DNA of 55,908 bases from an uncultured Solirubrobacteraceae bacterium (GCA_964588985.1 CAZPQW010000023.1:1-55908), one strand, 5' to 3'; counted from the stretch's first letter, positions 10,214-24,800 are shown. Notes: a model not told the origin generated them from the sequence alone. Made by a program: numbers and translations.

Positions 10214-11106
10214 GCGCCGATGCCGCCGCTGGCGAGGATGCCGGCGGAGTACAGCAGGCAGAACACCAGCTGCATCGCTCCGGTCTTCGCGAGCGCGCCG
10301 TTCAGCGCGGGGCCGTCGGTGCGGGTGCGCACGACGCCCACCACGCCGACCGCGAGCGGGATCGCGATCCACGGGAGCAGCAGCCACGCGGTCATCGAGC
10401 CGAACGCCCACGGCAACGGTGCCGCGACGAACGCTCCCGCGACCATCGCCGTGTATAGCCCGCGGGTGCGCTCCCGCCCGAGGCGCACGGCGAGCGTGCG
10501 CTTGCCCGCACGTCGGTCGGTCTCGAGGTCGCGCACGTTGTTGACGACGAGGATCGCGCTCGCGAGCAGCCCCACCGGCACGGCGCACACGAAAGCCTCC
10601 CACGGCAACTGCTGCACCTGCACGAAGTAGGAGCCGGCGACGGCGACGACGCCGAAGAACAGGAACACGAAGATCTCGCCGAGGCCCTCATAGCCGTAGG
10701 GGCGCGGCCCGCCGGTATAGAGGACGCCCGCGAGGATCGACGCGGCGCCGACCGCGAGCAGCTCCGGTCCGGCGACGGCGACGAGATACGCGCCGCATGC
10801 GACCGCGAGGCCGAACGTGACGTACGTCGCGAGCAGGACCTGGCTGGGGGGCACGAGGCCGCCGGCGGTCACCCGCACCGGTCCGAGACGATCCTCGGTG
10901 TCGGCGCCACGGCGGGCGTCGGAGTAGTCGTTCGACAGGTTCGTTCCGACCTGGATGAAGACCGCGCCGAGCAGCGCGGCGACGAACGCGAGCGGGTGGA
11001 AGTGGTTGGCCCCCAAAGCGAGCGAGGTGCCGACGAGCACAGGCGCCACAGCGGCGGGCAGCGTGCGCACGCGCGCCGCCATCACCCAGATGCGAACCGC
11101 GCTCAT
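10210..11106 (-). CDS. menA: DHNA polyprenyltransferase
   Basis: RTLPAAVAPV, NLSNDYSD, YTGGPRPYGYEGLGE, NNVRD..TD..AGKRTLAV; multiple TM helices. Confidence 0.95.
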   Translation of the reverse strand: MSAVRIWVMAARVRTLPAAVAPVLVGTSLALGANHFHPLAFVAALLGAVFIQVGTNLSNDYSDARRGADTEDRLGPVRVTAGGLVPPSQVLLATYVTFGLAVACGAYLVAVAGPELLAVGAASILAGVLYTGGPRPYGYEGLGEIFVFLFFGVVAVAGSYFVQVQQLPWEAFVCAVPVGLLASAILVVNNVRDLETDRRAGKRTLAVRLGRERTRGLYTAMVAGAFVAAPLPWAFGSMTAWLLLPWIAIPLAVGVVGVVRTRTDGPALNGALAKTGAMQLVFCLLYSAGILASGGIGA

Positions 11107-11124
11107 CTGCCCGCGCTCATCTCG

Positions 11125-11994
11125 CTAGGCCCGCTTGGGGAAGCGCGAGAAGTCGGGCCGGCGCTTCTCCTTGTAGGCGTCGCGGCCCTCCTGCGCCTCC
11201 TCGCTGCCGTAGAACAGCAGGTTGGCGTCGTGCGCAAGCTGCTGGATCCCCGACAGGCCGTCCTCGGCCGCGTTGAAGCTCGCCTTCAGCAGCCGCAGCG
11301 AGAAGGGGGAGAGGGCGAGCATCTCGCGGCACCACCGCACGGTCTCCTCCTCGAGGCGCTCGAGCGGCACGACCGTGTTGACCATGCCCATCTCGCGGGC
11401 CTCCTCGGCGGAGTACTGGCGGCACAAAAACCAGATCTCCTTGGCCTTCTTCGGCCCGACGAGGTTCGCGAGCAGCCCCGCGCCGAAGCCGCCGTCGAAC
11501 GAGCCGACCTTCGGGCCGACCTGGCCGAAGCGGGCGTTGTCCGCGGCGATCGTCAGATCGCAAACGAGGTGCAGCACGTGCCCGCCGCCGATCGCGTAGC
11601 CCGCGACCATCGCGACGACCGGCTTGGGCATGCGGCGGATCTGGATGTGCAGGTCGGTGACGTGGAAGCGGCCCGGGCGGGTGGGATCCGGATCGCCGGC
11701 CTCGTCGTCGCCCAGGTAGCCGGAGTCGCCGCGCACGCGCTGGTCGCCTCCCGAGCAGAACGCGTCGGGGCCCTCGCCGGTGAGGACGATGACGCCGATG
11801 CCGGTGTCCTCGCGCGCGTCTTCGAGGGCGCGTGAGATCTCGATGATGGTGCGTGGGCGAAAAGCGTTTCTCACCTCTGGACGGGCGATGGTGATCTTCG
11901 CGATCCCCTGATCTGGAGCGGAGGACTTCTCGTAGCGGATGTCTGTGAAGGCGTCGTCGGCGGCGCCGGTGGCTGGAATCCAAGTGGTGCTCAT
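11125..11994 (-). CDS. menB: 1,4-dihydroxy-2-naphthoyl-CoA synthase
   Basis: [51 protein letters not shown]; start placed at ATG 11994. Confidence 0.96.
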   Translation of the reverse strand: MSTTWIPATGAADDAFTDIRYEKSSAPDQGIAKITIARPEVRNAFRPRTIIEISRALEDAREDTGIGVIVLTGEGPDAFCSGGDQRVRGDSGYLGDDEAGDPDPTRPGRFHVTDLHIQIRRMPKPVVAMVAGYAIGGGHVLHLVCDLTIAADNARFGQVGPKVGSFDGGFGAGLLANLVGPKKAKEIWFLCRQYSAEEAREMGMVNTVVPLERLEEETVRWCREMLALSPFSLRLLKASFNAAEDGLSGIQQLAHDANLLFYGSEEAQEGRDAYKEKRRPDFSRFPKRA

Positions 11995-12001
11995 CGCGCG
12001 A

Positions 12002-12011
12002 AGGCTAGCCT
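12002..12011. promoter_or_regulatory. Palindromic bidirectional -10 element (AGGCTAGCCT) for leaderless menB and menE
   Basis: TAGCCT on both strands, each 7 nt from an ATG (12019 on +, 11994 on -). Confidence 0.7.
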
Positions 12012-12018
12012 GTGCGCC

Positions 12019-13395
12019 ATGGAGGTCGAGGGATGGCTCGCGCGCGCCGCCGCGTCGCGGCCGCACAGCACGGCGATCGAGACGCCGACGGGGAGCTGGT
12101 CTTACGAGCAGCTGGACCTCGCCGCGCGCTTCGGCGCGGGCGAGCTGAGCGTGCGCGGCGCCGTCGCGGGAGCGCGCGTGGCGATCGCGCTGCCGGCGGG
12201 GCTGGAGTTCGCGCAGGCGCTGCACGCGTGCCTGCTGCTGGGCGCGGCCGCGGTGCCGATCGACCCGCGTCTGACCGACGGCGAGCGCGAGCGGATCGCG
12301 TCGGGATGCGCGGTGCTGGTGGACGAGCCGCTCGGCGAGGGGCCGGCGCCGGCAGGCTCGTTGCGTGTCGCGGACGGGGAGAGCCACGACCTGGACGCGA
12401 CGGCGGTGGTGATCCACACGTCGGGCACGACATCCGAGCCGCGCCCGGTGGAGCTGACGTATGGCAACGTGCTGTGGAGCGCGCTCGGCTCGGCGGTCGC
12501 GCTCGGCAGCGACCCGCGGGAGCGCTGGCTGTGCGCGCTGCCGCTGTCGCACGTGGGCGGCCTGTCGATCCTGCTGCGCTCGGCGATCTACGCGACCACG
12601 GCGGTGGTGCACGAGCGCTTCGAGACCGACCGCGTGCTGCACGCGCTGCGCGAGGAGCGGATCACGCTGGTGAGCCTCGTCGCGACGACGCTCTCCCGTC
12701 TACTCGACGCGGGGCTCGTCGATCCGCCGAAGCTGCGCTGCGCGCTCACGGGCGGTGGCCCCGTGCCGGCTGCCCTCGTGCGCCGCGCCCAGGATGCGGG
12801 GGTGCCGGTGGGGCTGACGTATGGGCTGAGTGAGACCTGCTCGCAGGTCACCACGACGCCGGCCGCCGAGATCCACCCACGCGGTGCGGCCGGAAGGGGT
12901 GGCGAGCGCGATGACACCACACGCCTGACCGCGGGACCGCCGCTGTTTTGCACTCGAGTGCAAATTAATTCTTATGAAGAGATTCTCGTGCAGGGACCCA
13001 CCGTCGCCCCGGGTGCCGTGTCACCGGACGGATGGCTTCACACGGGCGATCTCGGCGCGCTTGACGAGCGTGGGCGTTTGCAGGTGACGGGGCGCAGGGC
13101 GGACACGATCGTGAGCGGTGGGGAGAACGTCGCGCCGGCGGAGGTCGAGGCGGTGCTCGAGGCGTACCCGGCTGTGATGGAGGCGGCGGTGCTCGGTCGC
13201 AGTGACCCGCAGTGGGGCGAGGCGGTGACCGCGATCGTGCTCGCGCGGCCGGGCGAGGAGCTGGACGTGGAGCGGCTGCGCGCGCACTGCGCCGACGCGC
13301 TCGCGCCTTACAAGGTGCCGAAGCGTTTCGAGCTGATCACCGAGCCGCTGCCGCGTACACGTTCGGGCAAGCTGTTGAGGAGGGAGCTGCGATGA
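12019..13395 (+). CDS. menE: o-succinylbenzoate-CoA ligase
   Basis: AMP-binding [48 protein letters not shown]. Confidence 0.9.
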   Translation: MEVEGWLARAAASRPHSTAIETPTGSWSYEQLDLAARFGAGELSVRGAVAGARVAIALPAGLEFAQALHACLLLGAAAVPIDPRLTDGERERIASGCAVLVDEPLGEGPAPAGSLRVADGESHDLDATAVVIHTSGTTSEPRPVELTYGNVLWSALGSAVALGSDPRERWLCALPLSHVGGLSILLRSAIYATTAVVHERFETDRVLHALREERITLVSLVATTLSRLLDAGLVDPPKLRCALTGGGPVPAALVRRAQDAGVPVGLTYGLSETCSQVTTTPAAEIHPRGAAGRGGERDDTTRLTAGPPLFCTRVQINSYEEILVQGPTVAPGAVSPDGWLHTGDLGALDERGRLQVTGRRADTIVSGGENVAPAEVEAVLEAYPAVMEAAVLGRSDPQWGEAVTAIVLARPGEELDVERLRAHCADALAPYKVPKRFELITEPLPRTRSGKLLRRELR

Positions 13396-14252
13396 GCTTC
13401 GACGCGAACGCGCACCGCGAGGCGAGCCTCGAGAACTGGGAAGAGGCGGCGTCCGGCTGGATCCACCGCCAGGAGCTGCTGCGCGAGCTGGGCGCGCCGG
13501 TGTCGCACTGGATGCTCGACGCGATCGAGCCGCAGCCGGGGCAGCGGGTGCTCGAACTGGCGGCCGGCCTGGGGGAGACGGCGATGCTCGCGGCGGAACT
13601 CGTCGCGCCGATGGGCGGCGTCGTGATCTCCGACCAGGCCGAGGCGATGCTCGCGGGCGCCCGTGCCCGTGCGATCGAGCTGGGGTTGAGCAACGTCGAG
13701 TTCCAGGTGCTGAACGCCGAATGGATCGACCTGCCGGTGGCGAGCGTGGACGCGGTGCTGTGTAGATGGGGCTACATGCTGATGGTCGACCCCGCGGCGG
13801 CGCTGGGGGAGACGCGGCGCGTGCTGCGCTCGGGCGGGCGCGTCGCGCTCGCGGTGTGGGACACGCTGGAGCGCAACCCGTGGGCGCTGCTGCCGGCGCA
13901 GGAGCTGATCGCGCAGGGTCTAGCGCCGCCGCCGGACCCCGCCGCCGACCCCCCGCCCGGTCCGTTCGCGCTGGGCGACGAGCCGCGCGTGCGCGAGCTG
14001 CTGGAGCAGGCGGGCTTCGAAGAGATCCGCGTCGAGGCGATCGACCTCGTGCGCCGTCACGAGAGCTTCGAGGACCTGTGGGACTCGACGCTCGACCTGT
14101 CGCGCAACTTCCACGACGCGGTGCTCTCGCAGCCCGCCGCCGAGGCTGAGCGGGTCAAGGTCGCGCTGGCCGAGCGCTTCGCGCCCTACACCACGTCCGA
14201 CGGCGCCCTGGAGATACCCGGCCGCACGCTCGTGGCATCGGCGAGCGCGTGA
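13392..14252 (+). CDS. Class I SAM-dependent methyltransferase (UbiE/MenG-like)
   Basis: VLELAAGLG motif I, DAVLCRWGYM, RRVLRSGGR; ATGA overlap with menE stop. Confidence 0.85.
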   Translation: MSFDANAHREASLENWEEAASGWIHRQELLRELGAPVSHWMLDAIEPQPGQRVLELAAGLGETAMLAAELVAPMGGVVISDQAEAMLAGARARAIELGLSNVEFQVLNAEWIDLPVASVDAVLCRWGYMLMVDPAAALGETRRVLRSGGRVALAVWDTLERNPWALLPAQELIAQGLAPPPDPAADPPPGPFALGDEPRVRELLEQAGFEEIRVEAIDLVRRHESFEDLWDSTLDLSRNFHDAVLSQPAAEAERVKVALAERFAPYTTSDGALEIPGRTLVASASA

Positions 14253-15293
<1,041 letters not shown>

Positions 15294-15309
15294 GCGCGGC
15301 GGTCGATCG

Positions 15310-15921
15310 GTGCTGGCCTACGTCTTCTGGCACCGCCCGCGCGACCCCGACGCAGTCGAGGCCTACGAGCACGCGAATCTGGCCTTCCATCGCTCGCTCG
15401 CCCACAGCCGCCCCGTGGGGATGTGCTCCTCGGCGGCGTTCCGTGTGACGCAGAAGCCGTGGCCGACCCACAAGGCGAGCACGGGCGCCTCCTATGAGGA
15501 CTGGTATCTGCTCGAGGACTTCGCCGCGCTGGGTGTCCTGAACGAGGCGGCCGTCGGTCGTGGGCACCGCACCAGCCACGACGACGTGGCCAAGCGCTAC
15601 GGCGGCGGGACCGCGGGTCTTTACGGTCTCATAGAGGGCGAGGCCGGAAGCGACCTGCTCGAGCGGGCATCGGTTGCGGTATGGGTCGCACGTCCCGCAG
15701 GTGCTCTTCACCGCGGGCTGGGCGAGCTGCTGGGAGACGGGATCGAGCCCGGCCACGCGAGCCTGTGGCGCCGTCAGCTCGTGCTGGGGCCGGCGCCTGA
15801 GTTCTGCCTGCTGGCGGAGGATCGCTCGCGTTTGGAGGGGGCGTCGGGTGTGGCTGAGGGGCGTCTGCCCGAGGGCTGGAGCTCGACGGTGATCGAGCGC
15901 GAGTCGCTTTGGCACGGTTAG
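15310..15921 (+). CDS. Hypothetical protein
   Basis: GTG-started ORF with host-like codon use filling the ilvC-serC gap (LAYVFWH..., YEDWYL). Confidence 0.7.
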   Translation: MLAYVFWHRPRDPDAVEAYEHANLAFHRSLAHSRPVGMCSSAAFRVTQKPWPTHKASTGASYEDWYLLEDFAALGVLNEAAVGRGHRTSHDDVAKRYGGGTAGLYGLIEGEAGSDLLERASVAVWVARPAGALHRGLGELLGDGIEPGHASLWRRQLVLGPAPEFCLLAEDRSRLEGASGVAEGRLPEGWSSTVIERESLWHG

Positions 15922-17252
<1,331 letters not shown>

Positions 17253-17253
<1 letters not shown>

Positions 17254-18869
17254 TGAGTGAGCGTTTGAAGGTCCTGGTGAAGGAGAAGATCGGCGACTCG
17301 GGCGTGGCGCTGCTCGAAGAGCACTTCGACGTGGAGCTGGGCGCGGACTGGGACGACGCGCAGCTGGCGGAGCGGATCGGCGAGTACGACGGCATCCTGA
17401 TCCGCTCGGCGACGAAGCTGACGGCGGAGCTGATCGAGCGCGGCACGCGCCTGCGCGTGATCGGTCGCGCCGGCGTGGGCGTGGACAACGTGGACGTGGA
17501 CGCGGCGACGAAACGCGGGATCGTGGTGGCGAACGCGCCGCAGTCGAACGTGGTGACGGCGGCGGAGCACACGATGGCGCTGCTGCTGGCGCTGGCGCGC
17601 AACATCCCGCAGGCCTACGCGTCGCTGACGGCGGGGAAGTGGGAGCGGTCGAAATTCTCCGGCGTGGAGCTTTACGACAAGAAGCTCGGGATCCTCGGCT
17701 TCGGGCGCATCGGCCAACTGGTGGCGCAGCGCGCGCGCGGCTTCGGCATGCACGTGATCGCGTTCGACCCGTTCGTGAGCGCGGAGCTGTATCTCGAGCA
17801 CCGGGTGGAGAAGGCGGACAGCCCGGAGGACGTGTACGCGCAGGCGGACTTCATCACGATCCACCTGCCGAAGACCCCGGAGACCGAAGGGTTCCTCGAC
17901 GCGGACGCGTTCGCGAAGATGCGCGACGGCGTGCGCGTGCTGAACGTCGCGCGCGGCGGGCTGATCGACGAAGCGGCGCTCAAGGACGCGCTCGACTCGG
18001 GCAAGGTGGCGGGCGCGGCGCTGGATGTGTTCCCGAGCGAGCCGATGACGGAGAACCCGTTGTTCGGCTACCCCAACGTGGTCGTGACGCCGCACCTCGG
18101 CGCGTCGACCGCGGAGGCGACCGACCGTGCGGGCTACCAGTCGGCGGAGCAGGTCGTGGCGGCGCTGACCGACGGCGTGGTCTCGACGGCGGTGAACATC
18201 CCGGCGATCGGCGCGGAGGACATGGAGATGCTGGGGCCGTTCCTGCCGCTGGCGACGCAGCTGGGCCGTTTGGCGATGGAGCTCGCGGAGGGCAGCTCGG
18301 TGGAGCGGATCGAGGCGGCGTTCCTCGGGCGGATCGCGGACTTCGACACGCGCCTGCTGGGCCTCGCGGTGATCATGGGGGCGCTGCAGGGCCGCACGGA
18401 GGAGCAGGTGAACCTGGTGAACGCGCCCACGATGGCGCAGCAGCGCGGGATCGTGTTCGAGGCGAAGGCGGTGTCCGAGGCGGAGGACTTCAACGAGCTG
18501 ATCCGCGTGACGGTGATCGCGGGCGGCGAGCGCGTGGCGGTGGCGGGCACGGGCATCGGCCCGAACCGCGTGCCGCACCTGGTGGAGGTACAGCGCCGGC
18601 GGCTGACGATCGAGCTGGCGCCGTACGTGACGATCTTCAGCTACGAGGACCTGCCGGGGATGATCGGCACGGTGGGCACGATCTTCGGCGCGCACGGGAT
18701 CAACATCTCCTCGGCCGCGGTGGGGCACACCCCCGACGGCGACGACGGCGAGGACCGTCGCCTGGCGGCGATGGTGGTGACGACGGACGCTCCGGTGCCG
18801 GCCGGGGTGCTGGCGGAGATCCTCGCGCAGGAGGGGTTCGTGAACGGCTGGTCGGTGAATCTCGATTAG
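17253..18869 (+). CDS. serA: D-3-phosphoglycerate dehydrogenase
   Basis: RAGVGVDNVD, GFGRIG, NVARGG, TPHLGAST, C-terminal ASB/ACT domains; TGATG coupling to serC. Confidence 0.96.
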
Positions 18870-18912
18870 CCACTAGCCAGCCGAACGCGGATCGGTTAGT
18901 GTGCGCTAAGTA

Positions 18913-19923
18913 ATGCGCGCGGTGGTGATAACCAAGCACGGCGGACCCGGTGTCTTGCAGGTCCAGGAGAAAGCGGACCCGACGGCGGGGCCGGGCGAGG
19001 TGCGGATCGCGGTGGCGGCGGCGGGCGTGAACTTCGCCGACGTGATGGCGCGGATGGGCATGTACGCCGACGCGCCCGACACGCCGTGCGTGGTGGGCTA
19101 CGAGGTCGCGGGAACGATCCTCGAGCTGGGGGAGGGCGTTGCGGAGTCCCACCCATCGCTCAGCCCGGGCCAGCGCGTGCTCGCGGGCACGAAATTCGGC
19201 GGCTACGCCTCGCAGGTGGTGGCGGGGGCGAGCGACGTGATGGCGCTGCCCGACGAGCTCACGTTCGAGCAGGGCGCGGCGATCCCCGTCAACTACGGCA
19301 CGGCGTGGGCGGCGCTGCTCGGCTACGGCAGCCTGCAGGCGGGCGACCGCGTGCTGGTTCACTCCGCCGGCGGTGGCGTGGGCATCGCGGCGACGCAGAT
19401 CGCGAAGCACGTGGGCGCTGAGGTGTACGGCACCGCCTCGCCCGGCAAGCACGCGCGGATCCTCGAGCTGGGCGTGGACCATGCGCTCGACTACACGAAG
19501 GCGGGGTGGGAGACGGGCCTGCCGAAGTTCGACGTGATCCTCGACGCGGTCGGCGGCAAGAGTTTCCGGACGAGCTACAACCTGCTGCGCCCGGGTGGCC
19601 GGCTGGTCGCGTTCGGCGCCTCCTCGGTGGTCTCGGGCGAGCGCAAAAACGTGGTGACGGCGCTGCGCGCGGTGGCGCGGATGCCGCGCTTCAACATGAT
19701 CAAGCAGATGTCCGAATCGAAGGCTGTGATCGGACTGAACATGCTGAGCCTGTGGAAGGACCGCGGGACGCTCGAGCCGTGGATCGGCCCGATGCGCGAG
19801 CTGCTGGCGAACGGCACGGTCAAACCGGTCGTGTCGGGAGCGTTCGGATTCGAGGAGACCGGCGCGGCGCAGACGACGATCGTCGAGCGGCGCAACGTTG
19901 GGAAGGTCGTCCTGACCCCCTGA
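18913..19923 (+). CDS. MDR-family NAD(P)H:quinone oxidoreductase (VAT-1-like)
   Basis: AGVNFAD, GYEVAG, VHSAGGGVG, C-terminal GKVVL. Confidence 0.88.
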   Translation: MRAVVITKHGGPGVLQVQEKADPTAGPGEVRIAVAAAGVNFADVMARMGMYADAPDTPCVVGYEVAGTILELGEGVAESHPSLSPGQRVLAGTKFGGYASQVVAGASDVMALPDELTFEQGAAIPVNYGTAWAALLGYGSLQAGDRVLVHSAGGGVGIAATQIAKHVGAEVYGTASPGKHARILELGVDHALDYTKAGWETGLPKFDVILDAVGGKSFRTSYNLLRPGGRLVAFGASSVVSGERKNVVTALRAVARMPRFNMIKQMSESKAVIGLNMLSLWKDRGTLEPWIGPMRELLANGTVKPVVSGAFGFEETGAAQTTIVERRNVGKVVLTP

Positions 19924-19971
19924 GCCGGGCGCTTGCGCTCGCCGTAGACGGTGCTAGCCTTGTCGGTCCAG

Positions 19972-20028
19972 ATGTCGTTCCAGATCTCGCTTCTGCAGCT
20001 TCTCCTCCTCCCCCCTCGGGGGGAATAG
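19972..20028 (+). CDS. leuA leader peptide MSFQISLLQLLLLPPRGE
   Basis: 18-aa ORF with 6 Leu in 7 consecutive codons, 73 nt upstream of leuA; complementary to the leuA RBS region. Confidence 0.8.
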   Translation: MSFQISLLQLLLLPPRGE

Positions 20029-20101
20029 CGCGTGGCGGCCGCGTAGCCGCATACCCAGCAGAGAGGAAGCCAAAGCGAGATATAGAAGGAGAACGAACGG
20101 C

Positions 20102-21682
20102 ATGAGCAACTCAACGACTGAACGAGACGCGAAAGACCGCGTCCTGATCTTCGACACGACCCTGCGCGACGGCGAGCAGTCGCCTGGGATATCCCTGAAC
20201 AAGCAGGAAAAGCTGGAGATTGCCCACCAGCTGGCGCGTCTGGGTGTGGACGTGATCGAGGCGGGGTTCCCGATCACCTCACCGGGCGACTTCGAGTCGG
20301 TGCAGGCGATCGCGCGGGAGGTGGAAGGCCCGGTGATCTGCGGGCTGGCGCGCACGTCGAGCCAGGACATCGAGGCGGCGTGGAACGCGGTGAAGGACTC
20401 CGAGCGCCCGCGGATCCACACGTTCATCGCGACGAGCGACATCCACATCGAGCGCAAGCTGCAGACGACGCGCGAGGACGTGAAGGGCCAGGTGCGCGCG
20501 GCGGTGGCGCAGGCGCGCGAATACACCGACGACGTGGAGTTCTCGCCGGAGGACGGCTCGCGCTCGGACGTGCAGTACATGGCGGAGGTGATCCAGATCG
20601 CGCTGGAGGAGGGCGCGACGACGATCAACGTGCCCGACACGGTCGGCTACACGATGCCGCGCGAGTACGCGGCGATGTTCGAGGAGCTGTATCGCTTGGT
20701 GCCGGGCCTGCGCGACGTGGTGGTGTCGGTGCACTGCCACGACGACCTGGGTTTGGCGGTGGCGAACTCGCTGGCGGGCGTGGAAGCGGGCTGTCGCCAG
20801 GTGGAGTGTGCGATCAACGGCATCGGCGAGCGGGCGGGCAACGCGTCGCTGGAGGAGATCGTGATGCTGCTGCACACGCGCGAGCCGAGCCTGGGCCTGT
20901 GGACGGGCGTGGACACGACGGAGATCGCGCGCACGAGCCGGCTGGTGTCGCGTCTGACCGGCTACCAGGTGCAGCCGAACAAGGCGATCGTGGGCCGCAA
21001 CGCGTTCGCGCACGAGGCGGGCATCCACCAGGACGGCGTGCTGAAGGAGCGCACGACGTACGAGATCATGGATGCGACGACGGTGGGGCTGCGCAGCAAC
21101 TCGATCGTGCTGGGCAAGCACTCGGGCCGCCATGCGCTGAGCAAAGCGCTGGAGGAGATGGGCTTCGAGCTGGACGGCCAGGCTTTGAACACGGCGTTCA
21201 AGCGCTTCAAGGAGATCGCGGACCGCAAGAAGCAGGTCACGGCGATGGACCTGGAGGCGCTGGTGACGGACGAACTGCGCGAGGAGATCCCGGGCTACAC
21301 GCTGGAGTGGTTCGAAGTGGACGCCTCGTCGCTGCGCCCGCCGTTGGCGAAGGTCTCGGTGACGCTGCCGGACGGCAGCTCGGCGAAGGGCTCGTTCACC
21401 GGGGACGGTCCGATCGACGCGGTATTCCAGGCCCTGAACCACGCGACGGGCTTGGCGGCGAAGCTGAACGACTTCACGATCGGGGCTGTCACCGAGGGCC
21501 AGGACGCCCTGGGCGAGGTGTCGATCGTGGTGGAGATCGACGGATTCACGGGCGCCGGGCAGGGCGTGTCGACGGACATCATCGACGCGGCGGCGCGGGC
21601 GTATGTGCGGGCGCTGTCGGTGGCGATCGCGCGCTCGCAGGTGGATGAGACGATCGGGCTGCCGGAGGCCACGGCGGGCTGA
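20102..21682 (+). CDS. leuA: 2-isopropylmalate synthase
   Basis: [44 protein letters not shown], regulatory domain GDGPIDA. Confidence 0.96.
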   Translation: MSNSTTERDAKDRVLIFDTTLRDGEQSPGISLNKQEKLEIAHQLARLGVDVIEAGFPITSPGDFESVQAIAREVEGPVICGLARTSSQDIEAAWNAVKDSERPRIHTFIATSDIHIERKLQTTREDVKGQVRAAVAQAREYTDDVEFSPEDGSRSDVQYMAEVIQIALEEGATTINVPDTVGYTMPREYAAMFEELYRLVPGLRDVVVSVHCHDDLGLAVANSLAGVEAGCRQVECAINGIGERAGNASLEEIVMLLHTREPSLGLWTGVDTTEIARTSRLVSRLTGYQVQPNKAIVGRNAFAHEAGIHQDGVLKERTTYEIMDATTVGLRSNSIVLGKHSGRHALSKALEEMGFELDGQALNTAFKRFKEIADRKKQVTAMDLEALVTDELREEIPGYTLEWFEVDASSLRPPLAKVSVTLPDGSSAKGSFTGDGPIDAVFQALNHATGLAAKLNDFTIGAVTEGQDALGEVSIVVEIDGFTGAGQGVSTDIIDAAARAYVRALSVAIARSQVDETIGLPEATAG

Positions 21683-21749
21683 TCTCGTTTCTATACGAGG
21701 CCCCCTACCGGGGTCGGGCTGGGTCGCGTGTTGCCGTCGCCTCGCGTTT

Positions 21750-21782
21750 AGGCGAAGAAGTCGGCGACCGCGACCACCCAGC
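21750..21782 (+). repeat. 33-bp direct repeat, left copy (displaced 3' end of the Uma2 gene)
   Basis: AGGCGAAGAAGTCGGCGACCGCGACCACCCAGC identical to 31033-31065. Confidence 0.92.
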
Positions 21783-21836
21783 GGCGGCCAGATGACGCAT
21801 TGGAGCTCCGGCGAAGCGCGATACGGTTTCGGTCGC

Positions 21837-24800
21837 ATGGTCGCCGTGGTCGAAGATCTCCAGCCGGGCCAGCGGGTGCGCGTCGCGGCGGAAGGCATTC
21901 CGGAGTTCGCGTCGGTCCGCTTCGTTACGCCGGTGAACGCCGCCGGGGTTGCAACGGTGTTCTTGGCTGACGACGCTGGCGGCGTCTACGAGGTCGAGGT
22001 CGGCCCGGGCCTGGAAGCGATAGTGCGCGCCGTAGTCTCGGACGGCTCCGGTGACTCGGCCAGGGTCCTCGCCGGCATGTGGACACGCTGGATGGCTGCG
22101 GCCGCCACGAACGCGGAGTCGAGCGCGATCGCCACAACGCAGCTCCGGCCCTACGCCCACCAGACGACCGCCGTCTACGGGGCGATGCTGCCGCAGCCGC
22201 TCCTCCGCTTCTTGCTGGCGGACGAGCCTGGCACGGGCAAGACGATCATGGCCGGGCTCTACCTGCGTGAGATGCAGCGGCTCGGCTTGGTGCAGCGCGC
22301 CATCGTCGTCTGCCCCGCCAACCTCACGTCCAAGTGGGTCGCGGACTTTGATCGCTTCTTCGGAGGCGGTCTGCGCCATCTCACCGCGAACACGATCCGG
22401 GAGGACGCGGTCGGCGCGCACAACCTCTGGGTCGTGTCGCTCGAGCTCGCTGCGGTGAACCCTGTCGTCCAGGATGCGATCCGGCCTGACCTTGCAGGCT
22501 GGGACCTCGTGATCTTCGACGAGGCGCATCGCCTCACCCCGACCGCGACGTCGTTCCATCAGGTCGGCCGACTGCTCGCGAAGAACACGCCGCGCGCGCT
22601 CCTGATGACCGCGACGCCGCACCGCGGCAAGGAGTGGCTGTTCCGCCATCTGCTTCACTTGGTCGACCCGGAGGTCTACCCGGATCCGGGCGACAACTCG
22701 GATGTCTCGCTGCCAGCTCTGCGCCCGGGACCCATCCACTTTCTTCGCCGGATGAAGGAGGATCTCGTCGACTACGACGGCAAGACTCGCCTGTTTAAGA
22801 ACCGCACGGCCGACAACATCGCGGTACCACTGTCGTCGTTCGAGTTCGGCTTCTACAAGGTCGCGCTCGAGATGGTCGACAAGTTCTTCCCGCCCGTCGC
22901 CCAGCCTTTGGCGCGGATGGTCTACGGCAAGCGTGCGGCGTCGACGCTCGAAGCTCTGAAGCGGACTCTTCAGCGTCGTCTTGAGCACATGGGCGAGAAG
23001 AGTGAGGCCGAGGCCGTCCTCGATGCCGATCGGGAGTTCTCCGGCGATGAGACCGAGGTCGACGAGGCCAAGGTTATCCACGCCGGTTCGACGGCGACGC
23101 GCGCCGAGCGCGCCGAGCTGAAGAAGCTGATCAGCCAGCTCGACGAGATCGGCTCTGCGTGGCGTCCGTCGAAGTGGAAGCGCCTCATCGAGGACTGCTT
23201 GGCCGCCAACGGCATCGTGCCCGGCAACTCCGAACAGGCGGTCATCTTCAGTGAGTATGCCGACTCGGCGGAGTGGATCGCCGATCGCCTCGACGCCGAG
23301 GGCTTCACCGTACGCGTCTACTCGGGACGTCAGACCCATCGCGAGCGCGACGAGGTCCGGCTGGCGTTCATGCGTGGCGAGTTTCAGATCATCGTTACCA
23401 CCGACGCCGGCAACGAGGGCATCGACCTGCAAGCAGCACACGTCCTCGTGAACTACGACATACCGTGGTCGCTCGTTCGCCTTGAGCAGCGCATGGGCCG
23501 AATCCACCGGGTTGGGCAGCACCGCGACGTCTTTCTCTACAACCTCGTCGCGTCCGATACTCGAGAGGGCGGGACACTGCTCACGTTGCTCAACAACTTC
23601 GTCATCGCCGCGAACGAGCTGCACGGTCAGATGTTCGACAGCTTGTCGGCGGTTGCGGAGATCACAGGCGTCGACTACGACAAGTGGCTCACTGACCTCT
23701 ACGGCAACGACGAGGACCGCAAGGCAGCTGCGGCCCACGCGGCAGCGCAAGTGCAGGCACGGGACCTGGAGCGCGTCGCGCGACAGGTGAAGGACACTGA
23801 GCGCCGCCTCGCAAGTCAGGTCGACGCCGTCGCCGCGCTGACCTTGCTCCAGCGCGACCTGTTCGCCCGCATCAACCCCGCGATCGTCGAGGCCTATCTC
23901 GATCGTCTCAACGGCGCCGGCATCGTCACGGTCCAGAAGACCGCCGCCGGCGACGGCTTCCGCCGGATCTCACGGGAGGCCGGCCTGCCGAAGAGCCTCG
24001 GCGGAGGAGCGGAAGCGCTAGTGGCGACCAGCGGCGAAGCCGTCCGGGGCGCAACAACAATTGATCTCGGCGGCCTGGTCACTCTCGGCCCTGGTGAGCC
24101 GGCGTTCACCGAGTTGATTGAGATCGCCGACTCCGAGTTGGCGGAAGACGTGTTCCAGTCGGGCGCCGTCGATGACCCCACGAGCCTCACTCCCTACGAC
24201 CTTTACGCCTTTGAAGCGGAGATGACCGAGTCCAGCGGCCAGCGCAACAGCGTGTGGGCCACCCTGGTCAAGGTCGACGACGGTGGGAGTGCCCGTGCTG
24301 TGCGCTGGGAGACGCTCGCGAACCTCGTGCCGAGCAAGGCTCAGGGCACCCAGGCTCATCCCGCGCGCCTCCAGGCAGCGGAGGCAGCATCTGCACAGGT
24401 GGCGCAGTCAACCCTCGTCGAGCACCGCAAGGTCCGCCGCGAGTGGTTCGCCCAAGCCCGCAAGGACCTGAACAACCTTCCTTTGGAGATCACCGACTCG
24501 ATCCAGGACCGCGAAGAGCGCATCAACTTGCGCCAGCAGCTCCAGCAGCAAACGGCGCATCGCCTTGAGCAGCTCCAGCAGCTTGCCCAGGTCGAGCTGA
24601 CGACACCGCGACTCCTCGGCCGGCTGCGCGTTCTTCCCACCGCAACGCCCGAGCTGGCCGAGGCGGCCGAGTCAGAGTGGATCGCCATGAAGTACGTCCA
24701 GCAGTTCCTTGAAGCGGACGGGTGGCGTGTCGAGGACGTGCACACGGAGGGTCGCGGCTACGACCTGGAGGCACGCCGCCAGTCGCAGGTGCGCCAGGTC

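Noticed and set aside
9182-12642. Long N-terminal extensions of menC, menB (and likewise cimA, the methylase and Uma2) in the ORF track
   Set aside because: Extensions overlap neighbouring genes; downstream starts fit family N-termini, stop-start coupling or promoter spacing
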